64,000 nucleotides of DNA from Aggregatilinea sp. (GCF_036822615.1 NZ_DAISHJ010000015.1:7658-71657); one strand, 5' to 3'; positions 8,629 to 18,677 are shown, counted from the first letter of the stretch. The notes: generated from the letters alone by a model not told the origin. A program made the numbers and translations.

Positions 8629-10698
8629 CTAAATCCCCGACCGCGCGGCGGGCACGATCTCGATCACGCTGCCGTCTTTGCCGTGCACGCGCACGACGAA
8701 CGCCCCCGTCTGCCGCAGCGTGCAGGTGCCCAGCAGATCCCCATCCAGTTCGCGCAGATGATAACTGCCCCACTCGAACAGCGGGGGATGAAGCTGGATC
8801 TGCGCGTCCTGATCGGTGTCGCCGTTGTTGATGGCGAACACGATGAACGTGTCGCCCCGGCGGAAGATCGCCGTGCTGATTTCCGGCGAGCGTGCGTAGG
8901 CGTAAACCGGCACGCCCAGCCAGCGGTGCACGGCCAGCACCACCGCCGGATCGGGCGCGAGGCCCAGCACGGTGATCGTGCCCTGGCCGCGCCGTTCCTG
9001 GTAGCCCACGGTGTACGTCGCGCCGCCCATCAGCTTGAAGTGGATCGCGCTTTCGTCGGCGTGCTCGTCCGGCGCGCGGCGGCGTGTCACGCGGATCGCC
9101 TGCCCCGGCACGCTGGCGTAGTGGAAGATCGGCCCCGTGTTCACGCTGGCCGACTCGCGCCCCAGCCGCAGGATCACGTCGCCGCCGTCCAGCACGCCGT
9201 CCGGCTGGCACAGGTTGAGTCTGTTCAGCGGCTTGAGCGTCTCGTCCATCACCGGCAGCTTCTGGAAGAACACCAGATGCCCGCCGTCTTCGACGTAATC
9301 CAGCAGCCGCGACTGCGCCTCTGCCGACAGCCACTCCCCGCCGGAATAGAACATCAGCGGTTTGGCGATGGTCCCGGTCGCCAGGTCGTAACACTCGTAA
9401 TCGACCCCGGCATGGTAGACGGCGCTCAGTACGCCATCGTTGAACCCGCCGATCTCCGACGAGCGATCCAGGATATCGAACGCAATGGACGTGTCGGTCA
9501 GTTTTTCCAGCGTGGGCGGATCGATCTCGCGGTACAGCGCCACGATGTCCTGCATGGTGTCGAACAGTTCGGGCCGCGTGTGGCCCCATTCGTTGATGGG
9601 GGCCATCATCCAGTTGTCGCGGTTCACGATCATGTACCAGTTCCAGCCCGCGATCCCGGCCATCATCGCGGACAGCGCCATGAAGCGGTGGTGGCGTGGC
9701 GTCAGCGCCCCGTGGTGGTAGTGCGCGCCGTGCCAGATCCCCGCCTGAAATTCCGGGCTGAACGGCAGCGCGGAATAGGTGCGGGTGTAGCGCATCAGGT
9801 GCATAAATTCCTGGTGCTCCCACGTATCGCGCCGGAACTCGTTGACCGCATAGTAGTCCGGCCCGGCAAGGTCGCCCGTCGCTTCGAGCGCGCGCCAGTT
9901 CTGCATGCCCTGCCACGGGTACGTGTTGATCGTCAGCGGCACGTCGATGCCCAACCCGCGCACCGTGTCCGCCGTCCACTGCCCGATCCGCGTGGTGTAG
10001 TCGTACAGGAAGCGGCGCGTGTCGAGGTAGCGGTTGATATACCCGTGCTGCGTCAGCAGGGGACGCCGCACCGCGCGCGCCGCGTCGAAGTCGGGCAGGG
10101 CGCTTTCCCACGCGGCGTTCAGGCGTTCGATGTCGCCCTCGTAGTGGTCGCGCAGAAAGTCGTGGAAGACACCCGGTTTATCGGCCAGCCCCAACTGATC
10201 CTCGTAGAAGCGCGGCCATGCATCCGGCTCGTTGTCCGCCTGCCACAGCACGACCGGCCCGCCGTTGGTGGCGAGGTACGGCTGCATGAATTCCGCCACA
10301 GCGGCCAGCCACACTTCCGCCGCTGCGAGGAACTTGGGATGCAACCGGTGCAGGCCCGTCACGCGGTCGGGCACGCCCTGGTTGGCCCACTCCGCGTAAA
10401 TATAGGGGCCGGGCCGCACGATCACCCAGAAGTTCATGCGGGCGGCCAGCTCCAAAAAGCGGGCTACGTTGCGCCGGGCGTCCGGCATGCCGTTGAAATC
10501 GAAGTCTCCCCGGCACTGTTCGTGGACTTCCCACGGGACATACGTGCTGACGATATCGAGGCCGAGCTTACGCATCCGGCGGAGACAGCTTCCCCATGCG
10601 GTCGGACTGAGACGCCAGTAGTGCATCTCGCCGCTGATGAGCGCCCGCGAGGTGTCTCCGACCCAGAGCCGCTTGCCCGCAAGCTGTACTTCGGACAT
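8629..10698 (-). CDS. Glycoside hydrolase family 35 beta-galactosidase-like, cytoplasmic
   Basis: GEMHYWRLSP..W...L.KMRKLGLDIVSTYVPWEVHE is the GH35 N-terminal signature. ATG 10698 has a GGAGAG SD. The track start at 10719 is a TTG. Confidence 0.85.
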   Translation of the reverse strand: MSEVQLAGKRLWVGDTSRALISGEMHYWRLSPTAWGSCLRRMRKLGLDIVSTYVPWEVHEQCRGDFDFNGMPDARRNVARFLELAARMNFWVIVRPGPYIYAEWANQGVPDRVTGLHRLHPKFLAAAEVWLAAVAEFMQPYLATNGGPVVLWQADNEPDAWPRFYEDQLGLADKPGVFHDFLRDHYEGDIERLNAAWESALPDFDAARAVRRPLLTQHGYINRYLDTRRFLYDYTTRIGQWTADTVRGLGIDVPLTINTYPWQGMQNWRALEATGDLAGPDYYAVNEFRRDTWEHQEFMHLMRYTRTYSALPFSPEFQAGIWHGAHYHHGALTPRHHRFMALSAMMAGIAGWNWYMIVNRDNWMMAPINEWGHTRPELFDTMQDIVALYREIDPPTLEKLTDTSIAFDILDRSSEIGGFNDGVLSAVYHAGVDYECYDLATGTIAKPLMFYSGGEWLSAEAQSRLLDYVEDGGHLVFFQKLPVMDETLKPLNRLNLCQPDGVLDGGDVILRLGRESASVNTGPIFHYASVPGQAIRVTRRRAPDEHADESAIHFKLMGGATYTVGYQERRGQGTITVLGLAPDPAVVLAVHRWLGVPVYAYARSPEISTAIFRRGDTFIVFAINNGDTDQDAQIQLHPPLFEWGSYHLRELDGDLLGTCTLRQTGAFVVRVHGKDGSVIEIVPAARSGI

Positions 10699-10718
10699 AT
10701 AAGACTCTCCGTCCTTCA

Positions 10719-10751
10719 AGAAAAATAAAGGGGTCGCTGTGCCGCGCCCCT
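10719..10751 (-). terminator. Terminator or attenuator between the URO-D-family gene and GH35
   Basis: On the minus strand, AGGGGCGCGGCACAGCGACCCCT followed by TTATTTTTCTT. Confidence 0.55.
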
Positions 10752-10806
10752 CCGAAAATTGTTTGTATACTGCGGTAGAGGACCGGGCCTCATTATTTTA
10801 CCCTGT

Positions 10807-11961
10807 TTACCGGTTCGTGTGGGGCGCCCAGCGGCGGCACTCGTCGATCAATACGGCAAAATGCTCCACCGGGATGTAGTTGGCGACGGTATTGCCCGTG
10901 CCCATCGCAAAACGCCCGCCGGGCACGCACGCATCGAGGATGCCGCGCAGATAAGGCCGCAGCGCGTCTTCCGGCAGGGTGACCAGCTTGTCCATGTCCA
11001 CGCCGCCCAATGTCCCAACGCGGCGCCCGTAGCGCGCCTTGAAGTCCGCCACGGGTAGGATCAGGTCCTGGAACGAGTGGTAAGCGTCGATGCGCACGTC
11101 ATCGATCAGGTCGTCGATGACACCACTTTTGAACAGGTTGCCGCAACTGTGGATGAAAAACAGCTTGCCGTGCTCGTGTGCCAGTGCCGCGTAGCGCTTG
11201 TGCCACGGCAGCACCAGCTCGCGCAGGGTGCTGGCGGCGATGAGCGTCGAGGTTTTGAAGCCCATGTCGTCGGCGTGGAAGATCGCGCCGACCGCCTCGT
11301 GCCCGATCACGGCCTGATAGTAGCTCAGCACCTTTTCGCCCCAGCGCTGGAACACGGCGCGTACCAGTTCCGGCTCGTCGTAGAGCATGTATGCCAGCCC
11401 CTCGAAGCCGAGCAGGTTTTCGAAGACGTGCTCGAAGAACGTGGTATTGACCGTCAGCTTCATGCCGGGCGGCAGGTGCTTCGCCGCGTACTCGACCGGG
11501 CGCGGATCGGGCTGCAGCGCGTCCCACGGGAACGCCTCGAAGTCCTTCCACGACCGGATCAGCCCGAAGCCCTCCTCGACCCAGTGCCGGTCGTCAGCGG
11601 CCATTTCCGCCGTATTGTCGGTGACGCGGTGGTGCGGCGAGGGGTGGCCCGGCCACGTCGCCCAGACCGGCGCGCAGTCGTAGCCCAGGTGGTAGTACAC
11701 TCGCACGACCTGCGCGTAGTAGGGTTCGGGCGGGGTCATTTCGAACCCCCCGCCCAGGCTTTGCCACGTTTCGCCCGCGCTTTCGGTGATGGCCTGCATG
11801 ATCTCACCGTCCATGCTGGCTTCGGCCAGATGCACGCGGCGCGGTGTTTGCTCGCCGGTCATCACGCGGCGGAACTCATCGAAATCCGGCGTGGGGTGGT
11901 CGAGCCACAGGGACTCGACCACGTCGGGCGCTATTCTTCGATCAGATTGCACGGCTTCCAT
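10807..11961 (-). CDS. Uroporphyrinogen decarboxylase (URO-D) family protein of unknown role
   Basis: The C-terminal 380 aa of track ORF 10807..12531 is a URO-D/MtaA-like TIM barrel (IFHADDMGFKTSTL, FIHSCGN, AYHSFQD). ATG 11961 has a GGAGA SD and overlaps the GH38 stop by 31 nt. An alternative GTG start lies at 11922. Confidence 0.8.
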   Translation of the reverse strand: MEAVQSDRRIAPDVVESLWLDHPTPDFDEFRRVMTGEQTPRRVHLAEASMDGEIMQAITESAGETWQSLGGGFEMTPPEPYYAQVVRVYYHLGYDCAPVWATWPGHPSPHHRVTDNTAEMAADDRHWVEEGFGLIRSWKDFEAFPWDALQPDPRPVEYAAKHLPPGMKLTVNTTFFEHVFENLLGFEGLAYMLYDEPELVRAVFQRWGEKVLSYYQAVIGHEAVGAIFHADDMGFKTSTLIAASTLRELVLPWHKRYAALAHEHGKLFFIHSCGNLFKSGVIDDLIDDVRIDAYHSFQDLILPVADFKARYGRRVGTLGGVDMDKLVTLPEDALRPYLRGILDACVPGGRFAMGTGNTVANYIPVEHFAVLIDECRRWAPHTNR

Positions 11962-14501
11962 TGCACGTCTCCGTTGTGGCGCGCGATCTTGAAGTTCTTG
12001 ATCTCGTGCGGGCCGAAGGCGATTTCCTGCACTGGGCCACCGTCCAGGCTGACGCGCGCCGTCACATGCTGCCCGGTGGATTCCGCTAACCGCACGATCA
12101 ACGCTTCTTCCGTCTCCGCCTTCTTCAGCGCGCCGATCGCAACCGTCGCCGGTTCGACCGCCAGGAACGGGACCGGCTGCGCGGGCGCCGTCGCGGGCAG
12201 TGTTGGCGGGTAGAAGGTGTAGAAGCGTTCCAGCGGCTGGTTCAGTTCCAGCGCCGCCGGAATCAGCGCCGCCGCCAGCGTCTCCGCCGATCCGTCCGCG
12301 ATCAGGCGGAAGCGCGTGTCGATCTGGCCCTGGTCCATGTACGTGTACGGCTTGCCAGTGTCGATGGCCGGACCGCCGGGATCGCCTTCCCAACTGCAGT
12401 GCGTCGCGCCCCGGCTCAGGCTGAGGTTCAGCACGCCCGCGTCGGAAACGTCGAAGCCGTTCTGCCCGTTGTTCGCCACGCCGACCGTCAGTGCGGGCGA
12501 TTCGAGGCGCAGCCAGCGGCTGTAGGGCCACTCGGTCGCATCGGTGGCGCGTTCGGCGCTGCCGTACGGCACTTCGCAGATCGCGCGCGTGCCGGGCAGG
12601 TCGAACGGTATTTGCAGCTTGATCATCTTGCGCCGCGCCTGCATATACAGCCGCACGTCGAAGTCGATCTGCGGCAGGTCCGCGTAGAGCGTGACGCGGA
12701 TCGAGGCGCGCGAGTGCTGCCAGCCCACCAGCCCCTCGACCGTGACGGACACCGGCCCCTGGGCGATGATGCGCAGCGCCGGGCCGGTTTCCCCTTCCAC
12801 GCCCGCGAAGTCGCCCACTTCTTCCGGCGACAGCGCGGCGAACGGCGCGAACGGCGCGTTATAGGTCGGGCGATTTTCGCCGCCCCAGGCATGTGCCACG
12901 TCGTGATTGGCGAACAAACGCACCGGGCCTTGCAGCGCTTCGTGTCCGGTCGCTTTGTGGACCAGCGAGGCCAGCGCTGCCGTATCGCGGTTGAAGCGCG
13001 CGATCCACGTCTCCGTCTCGACGGTGATCCCGGCCAGATCCTCGCTGGCGTCCAGCAGCCCGGCGCTGAGGGCGGGCGTGCCCTCGAAGCGCACTTCGTA
13101 GCGGCGCGCGGCCAGCGGCGACACGTCCGCCACGAAGCCCACGAACGGCTGCCACGTGCCCTGCTGCAAGACGGTCGATCCGCCGATCTCCTGGTGCGCG
13201 ATCTGCGCGCCCGTATCGTCGTACAGCGCGAAGGTTTTGCGCTCGGCAGGCGGGAAGTAGTCGCTGAGGAAGTTCAGCCCCACGGCGGATTTCATCGCCG
13301 CGCCGTGCGGGTTCAGCACGTAAACCGGGATCGTATTCGGCTGCGGCGTCACGTTGGGCAGCATGGCGTGCTGGCCCTTGAGCGTGATCCGCCTCGCGAC
13401 GTGCCGCGCGTAGCCGAACATCTCCATCACGCCCGGTACGGCGTCTTCCAGCAGCGAGCCGCACAGCGTATCGTGGAAGGTGTTCAGCAGCACGCGCTTC
13501 CACGCCGCGCGCAGATCCTCGGCGGGATACGTCGCGCCCGTGCGCCACCAATCGATCGCGGCCCAACGCTCGGCGGAAGCCAGCATCGCTTCGCTGGCGC
13601 GCATCTCGCGCTTGATCGGCGCGACGGAGGTATAACAGCCAGTCAGCGTACGCTGAAGCTCACCCTCGACGACCGGCAGTTCTTCGGTGTACGGCTGCAT
13701 CCGGTTCAGGAACGCTTCGGGCGTGCTGTGGCGGATCTCGATGTCGCTGTCTTCAAACTCCGCGAACAGCTCTCGGAAGGCTTCCAGATCGCGCCGGGTG
13801 GGTCCGCCGCCGTGATCGCCCAATCCCCACGGCACGAGCACGTCCTGGCCCGTCTTGCGCGCGATCTCGATGCCCTGCCGCGCCTGCGTCTGCGCGATGC
13901 CGACGCCCGGCGTGCAGTACCAGCCCGCGTCGGGCCGCAGCGCGAGGATCTCGGAGCCGTCCGCGCCGCGCCAGCGGTAGAGCGAGGCGGGCAGATCCAT
14001 CTGCGAGGCGGTCGGGCGGCAGTGGACGTACAGCGCGAATCCGCTCTGGCGCATCAACTGCGGCAGCCCGTTGGGATGCCCGAACGTGTCGAAGTTATAC
14101 GCCACGGGCGGGCGCACGCCGAACTTCTCGTCGAAGTAGCGGCGGCCTTCCAGGATCACGCGGGCGAGCGTCTCGCCGCCCGGCAGGTTGCAGTCCGGCT
14201 GGAGATACCACCCGCCGCAGATGTTCCAGCGGCCCGCCTGCACGAGCTGTTTGATGCGCTCGAACAGCGGCGGATCGTATTCTTCGACCCACTCATAGAG
14301 CAGGCTTTCGTTGTGATTGAACACGAACTCCGGGAAGTCTTCCAACAGCACGGCGGCGGTGTGGAAGGTGGAGATCGCTTCGCGCATGCCTTCGTCCCAG
14401 GTCCACATCCACACGGGATCGAGGTGGGCCTGGCACATCAGGTGCACGATCGGGCGATTGGAACGAGCGTCAGAGCGAGAGAGTGATGATTGGTCGGACA
14501 T
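11931..14501 (-). CDS. Glycoside hydrolase family 38 alpha-mannosidase, cytoplasmic
   Basis: GH38 hallmarks seen: VHLMCQAHLDPVWMWTW, NFDTFGHPNGLPQLM and WGLGDHGGGPT. Confidence 0.9.
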   Translation of the reverse strand: MSDQSSLSRSDARSNRPIVHLMCQAHLDPVWMWTWDEGMREAISTFHTAAVLLEDFPEFVFNHNESLLYEWVEEYDPPLFERIKQLVQAGRWNICGGWYLQPDCNLPGGETLARVILEGRRYFDEKFGVRPPVAYNFDTFGHPNGLPQLMRQSGFALYVHCRPTASQMDLPASLYRWRGADGSEILALRPDAGWYCTPGVGIAQTQARQGIEIARKTGQDVLVPWGLGDHGGGPTRRDLEAFRELFAEFEDSDIEIRHSTPEAFLNRMQPYTEELPVVEGELQRTLTGCYTSVAPIKREMRASEAMLASAERWAAIDWWRTGATYPAEDLRAAWKRVLLNTFHDTLCGSLLEDAVPGVMEMFGYARHVARRITLKGQHAMLPNVTPQPNTIPVYVLNPHGAAMKSAVGLNFLSDYFPPAERKTFALYDDTGAQIAHQEIGGSTVLQQGTWQPFVGFVADVSPLAARRYEVRFEGTPALSAGLLDASEDLAGITVETETWIARFNRDTAALASLVHKATGHEALQGPVRLFANHDVAHAWGGENRPTYNAPFAPFAALSPEEVGDFAGVEGETGPALRIIAQGPVSVTVEGLVGWQHSRASIRVTLYADLPQIDFDVRLYMQARRKMIKLQIPFDLPGTRAICEVPYGSAERATDATEWPYSRWLRLESPALTVGVANNGQNGFDVSDAGVLNLSLSRGATHCSWEGDPGGPAIDTGKPYTYMDQGQIDTRFRLIADGSAETLAAALIPAALELNQPLERFYTFYPPTLPATAPAQPVPFLAVEPATVAIGALKKAETEEALIVRLAESTGQHVTARVSLDGGPVQEIAFGPHEIKNFKIARHNGDVQWKPCNLIEE

Positions 14502-14506
14502 TCAGG

Positions 14507-16150
14507 TTACCCTTTGACGGCCCCCATCGATAGGCCCTGGCGCATATAACGCTGGAGCAGAATGGCGATCACCAGCGGCGGGACCATTGCCAGGAAATAG
14601 CCCGCCATCTGCTCGTTGAGCGGAATCGTAGACGTGGTCGTGACCTCGAACAAGTAGACCGAGATCGGCTGAAGCTGGCGCTCGGTCAGCAGGATCAGGT
14701 ACGGCCACAGGAAGTCTTTCCACATCCCCACGAAGGTCAGGATCGACAGCACGATCAGGATCGGGCGCGACAGCGGCAGCGCGATGTGGCGCAGAATTTG
14801 CAGCGCGTTCGCGCCGTCCACTTTGGCCGCGTCGAACAGCTCGCTTGGCAGCGCGTCGAAGAAATTCTTCAACACGAAGATCTGGAACGCGTTCACGCTG
14901 CCCGGCAGCCAGATGCCCCAATACGAGCCGAGCAGGCTGACGTGGAAGATCGGCAGGCGCGCCACGGTGACGTACAGCGGGACCATATAGGCGATGCTGG
15001 GAATCATCAGCGTGACCAGGAAGCCCAGCATGATGTAACGCCCGCCCTTCGGCTTCAGGCGCGACAGGCTGTACGCGGCCAGCGTCGAAACGCCGATCTG
15101 GAAGATCATGCCGGTAACGACGATCACGACCGTGTTTTTGAACAGCCGCAGCACGTCGAAGCGTTCCCACGCGGCCTGATAGGTTTCCCACAGCGGTTCG
15201 CTGGGCCACAGCTTCAGCCCGGACGTGTAGATCGCGTTGCTTTCCTTCAGTCCGGCGGTGAACGCGTAGGCGAAGGGGAAGGCGACCGTCACGGCCAGCA
15301 CCAGCAGCGTGATCATGATCAGGCGGTACATCAGGCGGCCCTGCCACGCTTGCAGCTCCAGCCGCGAAAAGACGCCGCGCTCCCACGACAGCAGCGAGCG
15401 GCGCGGGTCGGAGTGTTCCGACGGCGTGGAGATCAGCACGATATTCGTCGCCGCGCCCAGCAGCAGCCCCGTCGCCGGGCCGAACTGCCAGATCCCCAGC
15501 CCGAACAGCGCCGCGAACACCGCGACGTAAATGATGCGCCCGGTCCATGTCGAGGTATCCGGTTGGTAGAGCAGCAGCAGCGCCAGCAGCACCAGCGCGG
15601 GTACGCCGATCTCCAGCCCGATGATCGACAGCACGTCCGCGACGACGATCACGCCCAGCGCACCGTAGACGCCTTCCGCCATGCGCTCCGGCAGTTTGAA
15701 TGCCGCCGCGAAGAACAGCGCCACGATGCTGGCGAACAGCAGCCCGGCCTGTACGCCCACCAGGACGTACCCCAGGGCGAAGATCAGCCCCAGCGCGGCG
15801 AGATGAAGCGCGGTCCGCTGCGGACCCCACACGTTTGTTTTATCCAGCACGCCGAAGATGGCGGCCAGCGCCGCGCCGAGCACCAGTTCGGGCACGCCCA
15901 ACACTTCGTAAACCAGTGCGGCCAGCGCCAGCCCGATCATGCCGTACACGGCCCGGCGCACGATCTGCGGCAGCGGGAAGGTGAGGAAGACGAAGCCCAT
16001 CAGCGCCACAAATCCGGCGGCGGCGTCTCGCCCCAGGAATCCGGCCAGCACGTTGGTGAACCATGCCAGTGCCGCGACGGCCAGCAGGGCCACGATCGCG
16101 CCGGTCCACGACTGCGCGCGGCGCATTTGTTTATGCGATACCTGCGCCAT
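14507..16150 (-). CDS. Carbohydrate ABC transporter permease (MalG type) with a roughly 270-aa N-terminal multi-helix membrane extension
   Basis: The C-terminal 275 aa is a typical MalG-like permease (EAA-type loop DAAKVDGANALQILRHIALPL). The N-terminal 270 aa is Ala/Leu/Gly/Val-rich with about 6-7 hydrophobic segments and no in-frame stop. The ATG lies 2 nt after the MalF stop. Confidence 0.8.
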   Translation of the reverse strand: MAQVSHKQMRRAQSWTGAIVALLAVAALAWFTNVLAGFLGRDAAAGFVALMGFVFLTFPLPQIVRRAVYGMIGLALAALVYEVLGVPELVLGAALAAIFGVLDKTNVWGPQRTALHLAALGLIFALGYVLVGVQAGLLFASIVALFFAAAFKLPERMAEGVYGALGVIVVADVLSIIGLEIGVPALVLLALLLLYQPDTSTWTGRIIYVAVFAALFGLGIWQFGPATGLLLGAATNIVLISTPSEHSDPRRSLLSWERGVFSRLELQAWQGRLMYRLIMITLLVLAVTVAFPFAYAFTAGLKESNAIYTSGLKLWPSEPLWETYQAAWERFDVLRLFKNTVVIVVTGMIFQIGVSTLAAYSLSRLKPKGGRYIMLGFLVTLMIPSIAYMVPLYVTVARLPIFHVSLLGSYWGIWLPGSVNAFQIFVLKNFFDALPSELFDAAKVDGANALQILRHIALPLSRPILIVLSILTFVGMWKDFLWPYLILLTERQLQPISVYLFEVTTTSTIPLNEQMAGYFLAMVPPLVIAILLQRYMRQGLSMGAVKG

Positions 16151-16152
16151 GC

Positions 16153-17085
16153 CTAGGCCTCACTTTCGATGACCCGCGAAATGCGCAGGTATATGGCGGA
16201 GAACGCGGCCAGCAGCACGATCAACAGCACGCTCCATGCCGACGCCAGCCCGAACTCGGAGTTCAGGAACGCTTTGCGGTAGAGCGTCAGGACGGGCGTC
16301 GTGGCGCTCTGGCCGGGGTAATTTTTCAGCACGAACGGCTCCATGAAGACCTGCGCCACGCCGATGATCTGCAAAATGAGCAGCGTGAGCATGGTGGGCT
16401 TGAGGTGCGGCAGCGTGATGCTGCGGATGCGGTCCACCGGGCTGGCCCCGTCGATCTCGGCGGCTTCGTACAGCTCGGTGGGCACGTCTTGCAGCGCGGC
16501 GAGGTACAGCAGCATCGTCGAGCCAAAGCCGCCCCACGTCATGACCGCGATCATCGACGGCTTGACCTGTGCGGGGTCTTGAATCCAGCGCTGGAAGTGA
16601 AAGCCCAGCTCCATCAGCAGCGTGTTCAAGAAGCCGTTCGGCACGCGGTAAATCTGCTGCCAGACCAGCAGCGCGATCACGCCCGGGATCACGTTGGGCA
16701 GAAAATACACCAGCCGGAAGAAGCCTTTCGCCAACCGCATCTCGTTGACCAGAATCGCCACCAGGATCGGGATGAAAAAGCCGATCATCACGCTCAGCCC
16801 GGCGAACTCGAAGCTGTTGCGCCACGCGGCCTTAAACACGGGATCGGCCACCATGCGCTCGTAGTTGCGCAGCCCGATCCACTCCGCGCCGCCCTGGTGC
16901 AGCTCGTGCAGGCCCACGTTTTGGAAGCTGAGGATCACGCTGCTGGCGATGGGATACCACGCGAACAGGGCGAAGAGGATCAGCGCCGGGAACAGAAACA
17001 GGTAGGCCGTGACTTGATCCTCGCCAATACGGAACCGGAATCGCCGCGCAGCGGTGGCATTTTTGGAATTCAGCGCAACATTCAC
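16153..17085 (-). CDS. Carbohydrate ABC transporter permease (MalF type)
   Basis: AYLFLFPALILFALFAWYPI and EAAEIDGASPVDRIRSITLPHLKP are typical. GTG 17085 has a GGTGAGGA SD at 7 nt. The track start at 17175 adds an Arg/Gly-rich leader. Confidence 0.85.
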   Translation of the reverse strand: MNVALNSKNATAARRFRFRIGEDQVTAYLFLFPALILFALFAWYPIASSVILSFQNVGLHELHQGGAEWIGLRNYERMVADPVFKAAWRNSFEFAGLSVMIGFFIPILVAILVNEMRLAKGFFRLVYFLPNVIPGVIALLVWQQIYRVPNGFLNTLLMELGFHFQRWIQDPAQVKPSMIAVMTWGGFGSTMLLYLAALQDVPTELYEAAEIDGASPVDRIRSITLPHLKPTMLTLLILQIIGVAQVFMEPFVLKNYPGQSATTPVLTLYRKAFLNSEFGLASAWSVLLIVLLAAFSAIYLRISRVIESEA

Positions 17086-17282
17086 CGCGAGATCCTCACC
17101 TTGCAAGCCTGAGCGGTTGGCGGCAGAAGGCAGGCAGTTCCCGCCGGAGCGGTCCCGCCGTGGGCCGCCGACCACTGAAAACTAAGACGGTTGTTCATTG
17201 AGTCGGTTGGGATGGTGGGGGCGGCGCCCAGCCGGACACCGCCCCACACCAGCATTGAAGTCGTACGAGATTGGTCGAGCGA

Positions 17283-18677
17283 TTACTCGGCGGGCGCGAG
17301 CTGGTCGAGGATACCGGTCTGGAAGGACGCGGCGGCATCGGCCATGAGCTGCGGCACGTCGGCGTTTTCGTCGGTCAGCACGGTCGTCAGCACTTCGCTG
17401 ATGGCGGTGTAGAAGTCCTGGGCGGCCACAATCGGCTCGGGGACCAGTTCGACTTCGCCAGCGGCGATCGCGTCGTTGAACGCGGCGTAGTTCTCGACCG
17501 GCATGGTGACGAAGTCCGCGTCAATCGCGGCAACCTGTGCGGCGAAGTCGCCCACGTACAGGTTGAGCACGGGCGCGCCCTGGCCCGCCTGGGTCGAGTT
17601 GAAGATCGCGCGCTCGGCGGCCAGTTCGTCGCTGCTGAACTTGCGCCACAGGTGGAACACGATGGCGGCTTCGGTCTGGTCGGCGTCGGCGGTCGCGTTG
17701 ATGAAGTACGCTTCACCACCGGTCAGCGAGCGGCGCACACCGTCGGGGCCCGCCGGAACGGGTGCGTAGGCGTACTTGCTCAGGTCGACTTCGGGCATGT
17801 TCAGGTTGACCCAGCCCAGGCCGTCGCCGGGGTTCATCGCCATCGCGGTGTTGTCGGCAACCAGTTCCAGGATGGGGTTGATGCTCAGGTCGTAAGGCAG
17901 CACGTCGTACGTCCAGCGCAGGTCATACACGAACTGCATCGCGTCCACCGCCGGGCCTTCGCCGAAGGTCGCGGTGTAGGTGCCGTCTTCGTTCTGGACG
18001 ATGATGTCAGCGCCGAAGCCGTAGGCGATGTTGGTGAAGTGCCAGCCGCCGCCGCCACCGGACATATTCATGGCGAACCCGGCCTTCAGGTTGTCCTGAT
18101 CGGCCAGCGCGTCGGCCATTTCGGCCAGCTCGGCCCAGGTCTGCGGCGCGTGATCGTAACCGGCGTCCTGCAGCCACTGGACGTTGTAGGCGATGCCCTG
18201 CGCGTAGGCGCTGTTCGGGATGCCGTAGATGTTGCCGTCCGCGTCGCTCACGACGCCCAGGACGGACGGGCTGAAGATGTCGGTCAGGCCGTACTGCTCG
18301 AAGTAGGGCGTCAGGTCTTGCACGATGCCCTGGCTGATCAGCTTGCCCGGTTCGGTCAGCGGCACGCCGAACAGCGTCGGCAGTTCGCCACCGGCGACCA
18401 GCGCGGGGAAGCTTTCCGCGCCGAAGCAGTAGATCAGGGTTTCAACCGTGACGTTGGGATAGAGCGCCTCGAAGCGGGCGATCTGCTCGTCCCACTGCGC
18501 GCGCACGTCGGTCTGATCGTCGCCGATGCAGGCCGTCACGCCGATGGTCACGTCGCGCCCTTCGGCGATCTGGTCGGGCAGCGTGATCGGACTGTCGGAC
18601 TGGCCCATCGCGGGCAGGGCGGCAGCGCCCAGCGCGAGCACGACGAGCAAAATGACAATGGAGCGGAAGGTTTTCAT
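17283..18677 (-). CDS. ABC transporter extracellular solute-binding protein (family 1, sugar)
   Basis: Signal peptide MKTFRSIVILLVVLALGAAALPAMGQ, an AGGAGAA SD, and an SBP-like composition. Confidence 0.9.
   Translation of the reverse strand: MKTFRSIVILLVVLALGAAALPAMGQSDSPITLPDQIAEGRDVTIGVTACIGDDQTDVRAQWDEQIARFEALYPNVTVETLIYCFGAESFPALVAGGELPTLFGVPLTEPGKLISQGIVQDLTPYFEQYGLTDIFSPSVLGVVSDADGNIYGIPNSAYAQGIAYNVQWLQDAGYDHAPQTWAELAEMADALADQDNLKAGFAMNMSGGGGGWHFTNIAYGFGADIIVQNEDGTYTATFGEGPAVDAMQFVYDLRWTYDVLPYDLSINPILELVADNTAMAMNPGDGLGWVNLNMPEVDLSKYAYAPVPAGPDGVRRSLTGGEAYFINATADADQTEAAIVFHLWRKFSSDELAAERAIFNSTQAGQGAPVLNLYVGDFAAQVAAIDADFVTMPVENYAAFNDAIAAGEVELVPEPIVAAQDFYTAISEVLTTVLTDENADVPQLMADAAASFQTGILDQLAPAE

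Noticed and set aside
8545-10728. 727-aa ORF on the plus strand
   Set aside because: It is exactly antisense to the GH35 gene. It is rich in Arg/Pro/His/Gly with no recognisable motif, which is the typical shadow ORF of high-GC DNA. The minus strand carries the clear GH35 signature.
11962-12531. N-terminal 190-aa extension of the URO-D-family ORF, with analogous extensions at 44431-44901, 1349-1867, 49296-49493, 43098-43202 and 55788-55892
   Set aside because: The extensions overlap upstream genes or terminators, are Arg/Gly/Pro-rich, and internal starts with good SDs give proteins of normal family length.
12399-14486. 695-aa ORF on the plus strand
   Set aside because: It is antisense to the GH38 alpha-mannosidase, has the same shadow-ORF composition, and has no domain signature.
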